A stretch of DNA of 35,770 nt from positions 1 to 35,770 of the forward strand of contig CBDUCI010000002.1 of NCBI GenBank assembly GCA_965365605.1. The letters are read 5' to 3'. Below, in pieces: positions 26,693 through 34,208 of this stretch (its first letter is position 1; the number at the start of each line of letters is the position of its first letter). Below the pieces are notes generated by a model. The model was given only the letters and a program-made list of their open reading frames with translations, did not search any database and was not told the origin of the DNA. The stretch comes from an uncultured bacterium. GTDB taxonomy: Bacteria > Gemmatimonadota > Gemmatimonadetes > JACCXV01 > JAHWKZ01. Made by a program: the position numbers and the translations under genes.

Positions 26693-26719
26693 ACCCGACC
26701 TCGAGTCGGGTGTTTTTTT
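26693..26719 (+). terminator. Strong intrinsic terminator closing the tad-DUF192-AAA-J transcription unit
   Basis: ACCCGAC-ctcga-GTCGGGT perfect 7-bp stem followed by G-TTTTTTT, 58 nt after the J-domain gene stop. Confidence 0.8.
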
Positions 26720-26773
26720 GTTCGGGGGAAGCGAAAGGCGACCTCTGAGCGTCCCACTATATTGGATAATTCG

Positions 26774-27658
26774 ATGTCGATGCTCGAAGATGACTCGTCG
26801 CGCTTTGCGTTGCTCTTTTCGGTGCTTCTGCACGCGCTACTGGTAGCCCCGGTCTGGGGATGGTTGGTGAGCGTCAAGCCGGTAGCGGCCGGAGCCGATG
26901 CGCCGCCGATGCAGTTCACGTTTGTGGAGGCCCGGGACGCACCGGAAGAGCCGCCCGACGCACCCACCCCGCTCCTCTCGACGCGGGACCAGCGAGCCGC
27001 GCAGGAGAGCGCCCCCTCAGAGCTGCCAGAGGGTTCGGCGTTCCAGTTGGGCCAAACGCCATTGCCGGTCGCCCCGCGGGCGCCGGGGTCAGTGGCTAAC
27101 GCGGCGCCGACGGTTCCGCAGCCACCATCGAGCAACAACCGCGCGTCGGGCACTGAGTCGGTCGAGCGGCCGGCCGGAGAGGGCCCGATGACCCCCAGCG
27201 GCGACGCTCGGCTGGCGGTTCGTGAAAAGCCGATCGGACTGGCTACTGGTCGTTCGTCGAACCCCGGAAGCGGCGCCAGACTTCCGGCCCCAGAGGTCGA
27301 TCAGCGACTCACACGGGCTCGCGCGGGCAGCACGTTTAGCCTGAACACCACCGCTTGGGAGTATGGACCTTACATGGCGCGCCTCAAAGCGCAGATCGAG
27401 GAGCACATCTTCCCACCGCCGGCGTTCTACTACGGCACCGCCGCGTGGGCGACACGGGTGCGATTCCGGATCGCACCTGACGGCCGGCTCATGTCACTCG
27501 AGCTACTCGATCACCGTGGCGTCCCCAATCTTCAGTACGTGGCGACATCGTCGATCGAAGCGGCCGCCGATTATGAGCCGCTGCCGCCGGGTTTCCCCGA
27601 ACCGCTGCTGGAGATCACCGGGAACTTCTACTTCAACGTGGCTCCACCGGGCCGTTAG
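26774..27658 (+). CDS. tonB: TonB-family energy transducer
   Basis: N-terminal anchor FALLFSVLLHALLVAPVWGWLV, a Pro-rich spacer (PEEPPDAPTP...PLPVAPRAP...PQPPSS), and a C-terminal TonB-like domain (WATRVRFRIAPDGRLMSLELLDHRGVPNLQYVATSSIEAAADYEPLPPGFP). The start must lie after the terminator at 26693-26719, so ATG 26774 (or 26780). Confidence 0.75.
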   Translation: MSMLEDDSSRFALLFSVLLHALLVAPVWGWLVSVKPVAAGADAPPMQFTFVEARDAPEEPPDAPTPLLSTRDQRAAQESAPSELPEGSAFQLGQTPLPVAPRAPGSVANAAPTVPQPPSSNNRASGTESVERPAGEGPMTPSGDARLAVREKPIGLATGRSSNPGSGARLPAPEVDQRLTRARAGSTFSLNTTAWEYGPYMARLKAQIEEHIFPPPAFYYGTAAWATRVRFRIAPDGRLMSLELLDHRGVPNLQYVATSSIEAAADYEPLPPGFPEPLLEITGNFYFNVAPPGR

Positions 27659-27675
27659 CGCTCGGCGAGGGACGC

Positions 27676-28305
27676 ATGTTGGAGACACTGGGTCAGGGGG
27701 GCATCGTGATGATCCCATTGGCGCTGAGCTCCGTGCTCGCGCTGTGGGTGATTCTGGATCGAGCCTGGCGGCTCCAGCGCCGTCGGGTCCTGGTGCCGGA
27801 GATCGTGAGCGTGCTCGAGAGCCTGAGGAGGCCGTCCGACATTCCGCTCGCCCAGCTGATTTGCGATCGCAATCCTGGACCGTTCTCTACGATCGTCCAA
27901 GCCGCTCTCGACCACAAAGACCGATCTCGGGACGAGATCCGTGAGCGAGTGGAACATCAGGCTCGGCAGGAGATCGTTCACCTGGAGCGGGGGTTGGGAC
28001 TGTTGGAGACGATTGCCGCCATCGCCCCGTTGCTGGGTCTGTTGGGCACGGTCTTGGGAATGATCGAGGTCTTCGACGTCGTCGCACAGCAAGGTGCCGG
28101 TCAGGCTCAGGAACTGTCGGGTGGAATCTCCCAGGCGTTGATCACCACCGCGACCGGTTTGTCGATCGGCATCCCCGCTTTGGTCGCCTACAACTACTTC
28201 GTCGGCAAGGCCGAGCGGCTGGTACTCGATATCGAGGACCACACCGACCGTCTCATTCAATCCGTACTGCTTTTCCGCGAAACGGAAGACGACGATGCAT
28301 CTTGA
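27676..28305 (+). CDS. exbB: MotA/TolQ/ExbB-family proton channel
   Basis: Three TM segments with the conserved C-terminal block IAAIAPLLGLLGTVLGMI...GISQALITTATGLSIGIPALVAYNYF. Confidence 0.9.
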   Translation: MLETLGQGGIVMIPLALSSVLALWVILDRAWRLQRRRVLVPEIVSVLESLRRPSDIPLAQLICDRNPGPFSTIVQAALDHKDRSRDEIRERVEHQARQEIVHLERGLGLLETIAAIAPLLGLLGTVLGMIEVFDVVAQQGAGQAQELSGGISQALITTATGLSIGIPALVAYNYFVGKAERLVLDIEDHTDRLIQSVLLFRETEDDDAS

Positions 28306-28714
28306 GCCCGGTCGTCGCCGCAAGACGCTGATCAACGTCACCTCGCTGATCGACGTCGTCTTCCTGTTGCTCATCTTCTTTGTCGTTACGTCCACCTTTC
28401 TCGAGCAGCCCGGGCTCGATCTAACACTACCCGAGGCCGGATCGGCGGAGATGACCGTGCGCGAACAGGTCACGCTCGGTGTCGACGCCGACGGTGAGAT
28501 CTTTCTGAATGGCGATCCGGTCGTGCTAGAGGGATTGGCGGACCGAATCGAGCAGGCGCTCGAACGAGCGGAAACCGAACGCGTGTTGCTCGAGGCGGAC
28601 TCGCGCGTTTCGCACGGTCGTGTCGTGGCGCTGATGGACGCCGCCCGGCGGGCCGGCGCCGGGGCGCTGCTGGTAGCGACGCGTCCCCCCGAAGAAGCCG
28701 CCCGAGAACCGTGA
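28295..28714 (+). CDS. exbD: ExbD/TolR-family protein
   Basis: INVTSLIDVVFLLLIFFVVTSTF (conserved Asp in the TM helix) plus a periplasmic domain. Overlaps the exbB end by 11 nt. Confidence 0.9.
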   Translation: MHLEPGRRRKTLINVTSLIDVVFLLLIFFVVTSTFLEQPGLDLTLPEAGSAEMTVREQVTLGVDADGEIFLNGDPVVLEGLADRIEQALERAETERVLLEADSRVSHGRVVALMDAARRAGAGALLVATRPPEEAAREP

Positions 28715-31700
28715 GCCAACCGGCGCGAACCTTCGTCGCGGCGGCGGTGTTGGGGGGCGTCTTGTTTATCACATCACCAGGGCCGCTGGCGGTCGGACTG
28801 CTGATCGCTGCTTTGGTCGCGTTGGTGGTCGGCCTCGCCCGACGTTGGCCCCGGCGATGGGGATTACGCATCGCCCACCTGCTGTTGTTCGCGTATCTCG
28901 CGGCATGGGCCTACACGCACCTCGATGATTGGCGTCTGGCTCGCGGTGGCGCGGCGACTTCGACGCGGTTGGAGACGGCCAAGCTTGAGCGGGTGGCTGC
29001 GGTTCTTGGCGGGCGGCTCCAGACTGATCGCGCGCTGGCGGTTCGCGTTGCCGGTGCATTGGCGGCCGAGAGCGCGACCGGCGGACGCGACATGGTGCAG
29101 GACCCAGAGCTTTTCGTGTCGTTGGGTCGCGCGGTTCCGCCACTGCTACCGACCGGCGTCGGGATCGAGGTGTACGACGCAGCCGGCAGCTTGCGCGCAT
29201 GGTGGGGTGAGCCACGAGGTGGCCGGCTGCCGGCCGATTCGGTGACGGCGCCACTGACCGGTGGCGTAGTGCGTCGGCCAGCTGGGTACACGTTGGCTTA
29301 CGCCGCCGTTCCCTGGAGCGTCGAGTCGGACAGTTTCGTTGTCGCGGTAAAGGACCTCTGGGCGGTCGAAACCCCGTTGCGGCGAGGTGTCGGCGAGACC
29401 GATTTGATGCTGACGACGCTGGAACGAGGCGAGGACCTCGCTTTTCGTGTTCTGACGCTCGGTGACGAACCCGAGCAACGCTCCCCATCGGCAGCCATTC
29501 GAGGGTCGGATGGAGAAGCGGTGGCGTCAGTCGTGAGCGAACGGTTCCTGCTCCGGCGCTATCTGGCCGAACGGAGACGCGAGGCGCAGCGGATGCTGGC
29601 TGGTCTCTATATGTGGCCGCTTTTGTGGGCGACAGGCGCGATCTGGCAGCTGGCGCGTCGCCGTCGCGAGGGTGCGAGCTTGACGCGCTGGGCGATCGGT
29701 CTCACCGGACAGACGATCGTCTTGATCGGGCTTTGGGGGTTCGTGATCGAGTCCCGTTTCGCGGCGCGGTTGTTGCCTGAAACGTGGTTTAGCCCACTGA
29801 CGTTTGCAACCGATTCCTTGGGACCCGGCGGCCGCTCGCCTGGGGATTTGATGTTCACATCCGCGATCGTGTTCTTGATCGTGTTGTCGGCCTACACCCT
29901 TATTCCAGAATCGCGAAGACGGCTGTCTGCAGTGTTTGTGGTGCCCGTGGTGGTCGGAGCTGCAGCGTTGGTACTCCAGGTCATGCCAGCTATCGCGACG
30001 ATCGTCGAACGCGCGCTGCAGAACATGAGCCCAACCGTCTTCTTTAGCTCGACGCTCCTATTTTCGCCGCCATATCTGCTGGTGTTGTTGAGCTTCGCAT
30101 TGTTGAGCGCGGCGGCGATCGGAGCGCTGGCGATAGTCTTCCGGTGGCTCAACATGCCGACCGGCAAAGGATGGGTGCTGGGTGCGGCGACGGTAACTGC
30201 GGCGATGCTCGCTCTAGCGGCTTTCAATCTCCAGAGTGCCGCCATGGCGGGCCGATTCTCGGCGATCGGGCCGTTGCTTGGCCTCGGTGCGGTTGGTGCG
30301 GCTGCGCTGATCGACGCTGCCGGGCGCCGGCGGGACGACTTGCAACCCGCTTCCAGTGTTCGTTTCTCACTCGTGGCGGTGGGGCTAGCGTGCTTGCTCA
30401 CGTTCCCGATCATGACATTCGCGCGGGTCCAAGCGGCGCACGAGCTACTGGTGGAGCGAGCCGAGCGGATCGGCGAAGCCTCGACCCAGTGGCTTCAGTA
30501 CACGATGACGCGGACGATCGAGTATTTGGCGACTTCTCCGGAGGTCAAGCGTGCGATTCAGGATTCGAATCGCGACGCCGCGTTGCTGCTGTGGAACCAG
30601 AGCCCGCTTCGGACGCTCGACTTTGCATCCGGCCTGTACCTGTTTGATGCGGATGGTTCGACGGTTAGTCAGTTCGCGCTGTCGGCTGTCGACTTGTCCG
30701 GTCGCGCTCGGCGCTACGCGCGGGAAACATCGGTTCCAAGAGTCGAGATCGAAGGCGCGCCGCGCGACCGTGGCATCTGGTGGGCGATCGTTCCGGTGAA
30801 CGAAGTCGTCGACGAGGTCGAGCAGCGCGTTGGCGCGGCGGTCGCGATGACGACTGGAGCGCTCGAGCTCAGAGAGCCGGCGACCGGATCGGCGTTTGTC
30901 CTCACGGACCTCTTGGCTGGTTCCGGGCCACCGGCCAACGCGCCTCAGATTTCCGCGCTGGGTTCCGATGACGTGCCACCGCCGGGGACGTTGCTGACGA
31001 CTGTCGTCCGCGAGGGTGAAGAGCCGGTCCAGCTCGCGATGCCGCTCGAACCGCTGTTGCCCACCGCACGCTCCTACGCGGTATTTGGTTTCGTCGGGGT
31101 TATCTTCGGAATGTTGTTGGGGTTGATCGAACGTTGGGGAGACGTGCGTACCCGAGGTCGATGGTGGGCCAGTCTCAGGGCCGAGAATCCGTTGCACTCC
31201 TTTCGCCTGCAACTGCTGTTGGCGTTTCTCGCGGTGGCGGCCGTGCCGCTCACGTTGTACGCGGTGCTTGGCTATCGCGCGACACGCATAGAACTGCAAG
31301 AGGCGACTCGTGGCGCGGCGGCCGAAGCGCTTGCCGCCGCCAGCCGCATGGTCGTTGATGACCCCGCGCTCGAACGCGGAACGCCGCGTCTCTTGACCGA
31401 CCGTTTGCGAGACATCGCCGAGGTTCTGCAGCAGGACTTGGTTCTCTATTGGCGCGGTCGAACGGTGGCGTCCAGTCGACCCGAGATTTTCGCCTCAAGA
31501 CTGTTTGCCGATCGCATGCCAGGGGAAGTGTACGCGGACTTGTTCGCCGTTCGCCGACCGCTGGCCTTTGATTCGATGGTGCTCGGCGAGCGATCGTTTC
31601 TGGTTGCTTACCAACCGCTGGTTGAACCCGAAGCGCCGGCGGGCTACGTGCTCGCGACACCGTTGTTGATCCGCGAAGACCGCGCTCGTGCCGACTTGCA

Positions 31701-33015
31701 GCGATTGGGCGAGGGCGTGTTCCTGCTGTCGGCGTTCTCGCTGGGGTTTCTGTTGATCGTGAGTGGTGGGCTCTCGAGATACATGGCGCGCCCGCTATCA
31801 GCGCTCGAGCGTGGTACTCGACAAATCGCCGCCGGAAGGCTCTCATACCGTCTTCCGTCACCCGCTCGACGCGACGAGTTCGGACGCCTACAGGGAGCGT
31901 TCAACGCGATGGCCGAACAGCTCGACGTCGGTCAGCGAGCGCTCGAGCGAGAGAAGTCCAGGGTCCAGGCGATTCTGGCTTCGGTCGGTGCCGGCGTGGT
32001 AGCGCTCGACGAGCGGGGCAAGATCCGGCTGCTCAACGATCGGGCGGCTAGCCTGCTAGGCCTCGACCCGCGTGATGTCGTTGATCGCCCGGTGCGCGAA
32101 CTCGTTGATGACGACGGCGAAGCGAGCTCGTTCTGGCGCGCGGTTGGGATAGAGTTCGACCGTGGGGGAGGAGACGATCACGACCTGGTGGTTCGCCGAA
32201 ACGGCGAAGAGCGGCATTACCACATGGTGGGAACGGCGTTGCGCGATGCCGTCGGACGAGAGCGGGGATTGGTGGTGGCGTTCGAGGATATCACTGCCAA
32301 CGTGCAGTCGCAGCGCGTTCTGGCGTGGGGTGAGATGGCCCGACAAGTCGCGCACGAGATCAAGAACCCACTTACGCCGATGAAGCTTTCCTTGCAACAC
32401 CTCGAGCGGACGGTCGAAGATCGCCCGGACGATTTCCATCAAGTGTTTCACTCCAACCTCGACTTGATCTTGGCCGAGGTCGAACGATTGGAGCGAATCG
32501 CCAGCAACTTCGCTCGCTTCGCGGTGCCCGATCCGGCCGTCAGTGAACCGTTTGATGCCGAATCCATCGCCCGGGAAGTGGTGGCGCTGTTCGAGCCCGG
32601 CGAAGACAACGTGGTGTACTCGCTCGACGTGGTCGGACAGCCACGGGATCTGCGCGGTGACCCCGAAGGGTTCCGCCGCATTCTGGTCAACCTGCTGCAG
32701 AACAGTCGCGAAGCGGTGCTGGCTGCAGACGGTGGGAGCGTGAGCCTGCGACTCGATTGGAAACGCGAATCGGGGTGGGCACGAGTCTCGGTCGTCGACG
32801 ATGGGGTCGGCCTGCCCCCAGACGGGATCGATCGGCTGTTCGAGCCCTCGTTTTCGACCAAAACGCGCGGTACCGGGCTCGGTTTGGCGATCACGCGCCG
32901 GATCGTCGAGGCGTGGGGCGGGACGATCGAGTACGAGCGCCGCTCCGAAGGAGGCACCGCGATCCACGTTCGTCTGCCATCCGCCTCGATCGAGGACGAC
33001 GTCACAACGCCGTAG
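28711..33015 (+). CDS. Very large polytopic sensor histidine kinase (multi-TM sensor regions, then HAMP-PAS-HisKA-HATPase; NtrY-like H-box)
   Basis: At least a dozen hydrophobic segments and two to three large loops in the first ~1000 aa. HAMP (RPLSALERGTRQIAAGRLSYRLP...FGRLQGAFNAMAEQL), PAS (VQAILASVGAGVVALDERGKIRLLNDRAASLLGL), H-box MARQVAHEIKNPLTPMKLSLQHL, N/G boxes (LVNLLQNSREA; DDGVGLP; GTGLGLAI). GTGA overlap with the exbD stop. Confidence 0.9.
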   Translation: MSQPARTFVAAAVLGGVLFITSPGPLAVGLLIAALVALVVGLARRWPRRWGLRIAHLLLFAYLAAWAYTHLDDWRLARGGAATSTRLETAKLERVAAVLGGRLQTDRALAVRVAGALAAESATGGRDMVQDPELFVSLGRAVPPLLPTGVGIEVYDAAGSLRAWWGEPRGGRLPADSVTAPLTGGVVRRPAGYTLAYAAVPWSVESDSFVVAVKDLWAVETPLRRGVGETDLMLTTLERGEDLAFRVLTLGDEPEQRSPSAAIRGSDGEAVASVVSERFLLRRYLAERRREAQRMLAGLYMWPLLWATGAIWQLARRRREGASLTRWAIGLTGQTIVLIGLWGFVIESRFAARLLPETWFSPLTFATDSLGPGGRSPGDLMFTSAIVFLIVLSAYTLIPESRRRLSAVFVVPVVVGAAALVLQVMPAIATIVERALQNMSPTVFFSSTLLFSPPYLLVLLSFALLSAAAIGALAIVFRWLNMPTGKGWVLGAATVTAAMLALAAFNLQSAAMAGRFSAIGPLLGLGAVGAAALIDAAGRRRDDLQPASSVRFSLVAVGLACLLTFPIMTFARVQAAHELLVERAERIGEASTQWLQYTMTRTIEYLATSPEVKRAIQDSNRDAALLLWNQSPLRTLDFASGLYLFDADGSTVSQFALSAVDLSGRARRYARETSVPRVEIEGAPRDRGIWWAIVPVNEVVDEVEQRVGAAVAMTTGALELREPATGSAFVLTDLLAGSGPPANAPQISALGSDDVPPPGTLLTTVVREGEEPVQLAMPLEPLLPTARSYAVFGFVGVIFGMLLGLIERWGDVRTRGRWWASLRAENPLHSFRLQLLLAFLAVAAVPLTLYAVLGYRATRIELQEATRGAAAEALAAASRMVVDDPALERGTPRLLTDRLRDIAEVLQQDLVLYWRGRTVASSRPEIFASRLFADRMPGEVYADLFAVRRPLAFDSMVLGERSFLVAYQPLVEPEAPAGYVLATPLLIREDRARADLQRLGEGVFLLSAFSLGFLLIVSGGLSRYMARPLSALERGTRQIAAGRLSYRLPSPARRDEFGRLQGAFNAMAEQLDVGQRALEREKSRVQAILASVGAGVVALDERGKIRLLNDRAASLLGLDPRDVVDRPVRELVDDDGEASSFWRAVGIEFDRGGGDDHDLVVRRNGEERHYHMVGTALRDAVGRERGLVVAFEDITANVQSQRVLAWGEMARQVAHEIKNPLTPMKLSLQHLERTVEDRPDDFHQVFHSNLDLILAEVERLERIASNFARFAVPDPAVSEPFDAESIAREVVALFEPGEDNVVYSLDVVGQPRDLRGDPEGFRRILVNLLQNSREAVLAADGGSVSLRLDWKRESGWARVSVVDDGVGLPPDGIDRLFEPSFSTKTRGTGLGLAITRRIVEAWGGTIEYERRSEGGTAIHVRLPSASIEDDVTTP

Positions 33016-33115
33016 GAATCCCACCTCCTTGTAGGCACGCGAGCGCTCCTGTATGGCGCCGGTTGCCGCTCCGGTGAACCAATTTTCCATAATTGAGAAC
33101 TACGGTGCACTTTCG

Positions 33116-33145
33116 TTGACAATCTGGATAGATAAATGGTAGGCT
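33116..33145 (+). promoter_or_regulatory. Possible sigma-70-type promoter for flp3
   Basis: TTGACA (33116-33121), an 18-nt spacer, then TAGGCT (33140-33145). The -35 lies inside the shared 10-mer TTTCGTTGAC. Confidence 0.3.
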
Positions 33146-33191
33146 GGAGCCTGCATAGAGAACTAATGCACTCTACGGGGGGTAGCTGCAG

Positions 33192-33401
33192 ATGATCAAC
33201 CTTGGAATCGAGCATGTGGCAAGATCATGTAAGTCAATTTACTGTAACGAATTAGGTCAGGACTTGGCGGAATATGCGATTCTCGCCTCGCTCATCGCGA
33301 TCGTGGTCATCGCCGCCGTAACCCTGGTTGGGGGGACACTGACCGCCACGTTCAACACCATCGCCAGCGCCATGACCGGCGTCGCCGGCGGCGGGAGCTA
33401 G
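33192..33401 (+). CDS. flp: Flp-family pilin (flp3)
   Basis: MINLGIEHVARSCKSIYCNELG|QDLAEYAILASLIAIVVIAAVTLVG; ends ...VAGGGS. Confidence 0.85.
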   Translation: MINLGIEHVARSCKSIYCNELGQDLAEYAILASLIAIVVIAAVTLVGGTLTATFNTIASAMTGVAGGGS

Positions 33402-33424
33402 ATCACCGTGGGGTTTTCGACTAC

Positions 33425-33447
33425 CCCCGGCCGTCGCGGAGCCGGGG
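33425..33447 (+). terminator. GC hairpin after flp3 (no U-tract)
   Basis: CCCCGGC-9 nt-GCCGGGG perfect 7-bp stem, 24 nt after the flp3 stop. Confidence 0.3.
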
Positions 33448-33548
33448 CCGCCCCCATCTTGCCACCGGCCTCGGCCTCCCGCGGCGGCAACTTCTTTCCA
33501 CTTTTTTGGAATAGAATTGCTATCGACTGGAATTACCGGACCATTTCG

Positions 33549-33577
33549 TTGACTCTTTTTTCTCGACGTGGTACCGT
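33549..33577 (+). promoter_or_regulatory. Possible sigma-70-type promoter for flp4-6
   Basis: TTGACT (33549-33554), a 17-nt spacer, then TACCGT (33572-33577). The same TTTCGTTGAC 10-mer is present as at 33111-33120. Confidence 0.35.
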
Positions 33578-33680
33578 AATCTAACCCGCATTGTCCTCTG
33601 GTCTCCGCGCCAGGCCCGCGAAGCGACGGGAAGATCCCACGGGGGGCAGTAACAAACCGAACCCGGAAAGGCTGGTGTTC

Positions 33681-33941
33681 GTGACTTTTTTGCTAGCTCA
33701 GGCCAGCCGGCTCCTTTGGGGGCCACGGCCCCTTCGGGGGCCAACCGACGACCGAGAAAGCCCGACCCCCCGAGACGGGTGCGGCTTGGACGAAAGCGGG
33801 CAGGATCTCGCGGAGTACGCGCTCCTGATCTCGCTCATCGCGCTCGTCGTCATCGGGGCGGTCACACTGCTCGGAACTCAGCTCATCGCGGCGTACAACA
33901 ACATCACCGCGACGCTGAATTTCGGCGGCGGTGGTTCTTAG
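33681..33941 (+). CDS. flp: Flp-family pilin (flp4), start codon uncertain
   Basis: ...LDESG|QDLAEYALLISLIALVVIGAVTLLGTQLIAAYNNITATLNFGGGGS. No ATG lies in frame upstream. Candidate starts are GTG 33681 (GGAAAGG 9 nt upstream), GTG 33675, TTG 33786 (no SD) and TTG 33591. The mature part is most similar to flp1. Confidence 0.7.
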   Translation: MTFLLAQASRLLWGPRPLRGPTDDRESPTPRDGCGLDESGQDLAEYALLISLIALVVIGAVTLLGTQLIAAYNNITATLNFGGGGS

Positions 33942-33991
33942 GTTCTTAACTCGCGAAGTAACAAAACCTAAACTCGGAGGGACCCATCCCG

Positions 33992-34174
33992 ATGAGCCTC
34001 TGGACTCGCTTTTGGGCCGACGACTCAGGTCAGGATCTCGCGGAGTACGCACTCCTGGTTGCGCTGATCGCGCTCGTCGTGATCGGTGCCGTCACCTTGC
34101 TCGGCACTCAGATCCAAACCGTGTTCAACAACATCCCCGCAGCCCTCGCGGGCTCGGGTGGTGGTGGATCGTAG
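33992..34174 (+). CDS. flp: Flp-family pilin (flp5)
   Basis: MSLWTRFWADDSG|QDLAEYALLVALIALVVIGAVTLLG...GSGGGGS. GGAGGG SD upstream. Confidence 0.9.
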   Translation: MSLWTRFWADDSGQDLAEYALLVALIALVVIGAVTLLGTQIQTVFNNIPAALAGSGGGGS

Positions 34175-34208
34175 TCAACCGCAACTCAACCCGGAGGGGA
34201 CCCATCCA

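Noticed and set aside
27655-28719. 354-aa minus-strand ORF covering exbB/exbD. Similar long antisense ORFs occur at 32056-33090, 32448-33215, 20351-20932, 20966-21649, 12117-12905, 28769-29488, 282-980 and others.
   Set aside because: They lie opposite genes with unmistakable family motifs, and their translations are Arg/Pro/Ser/Gly-rich low-complexity strings with no recognisable motifs. This is typical of stop-poor shadow frames in high-GC DNA.
33507-33520. Sigma-54-like motifs upstream of the locus 2 pilins and elsewhere: TGGAATAGAATTGC at 33507, AGGCACGCGAGCGC near 33034, AGGTCGCGTTTTGC at 4044-4057, GGGAAGCGAAAGGC near 26724.
   Set aside because: In the first three, the GG-to-GC spacing is one nucleotide short of the invariant -24/-12 spacing. 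The 26724 motif has correct spacing but matches only GG and GC and none of the flanking consensus.
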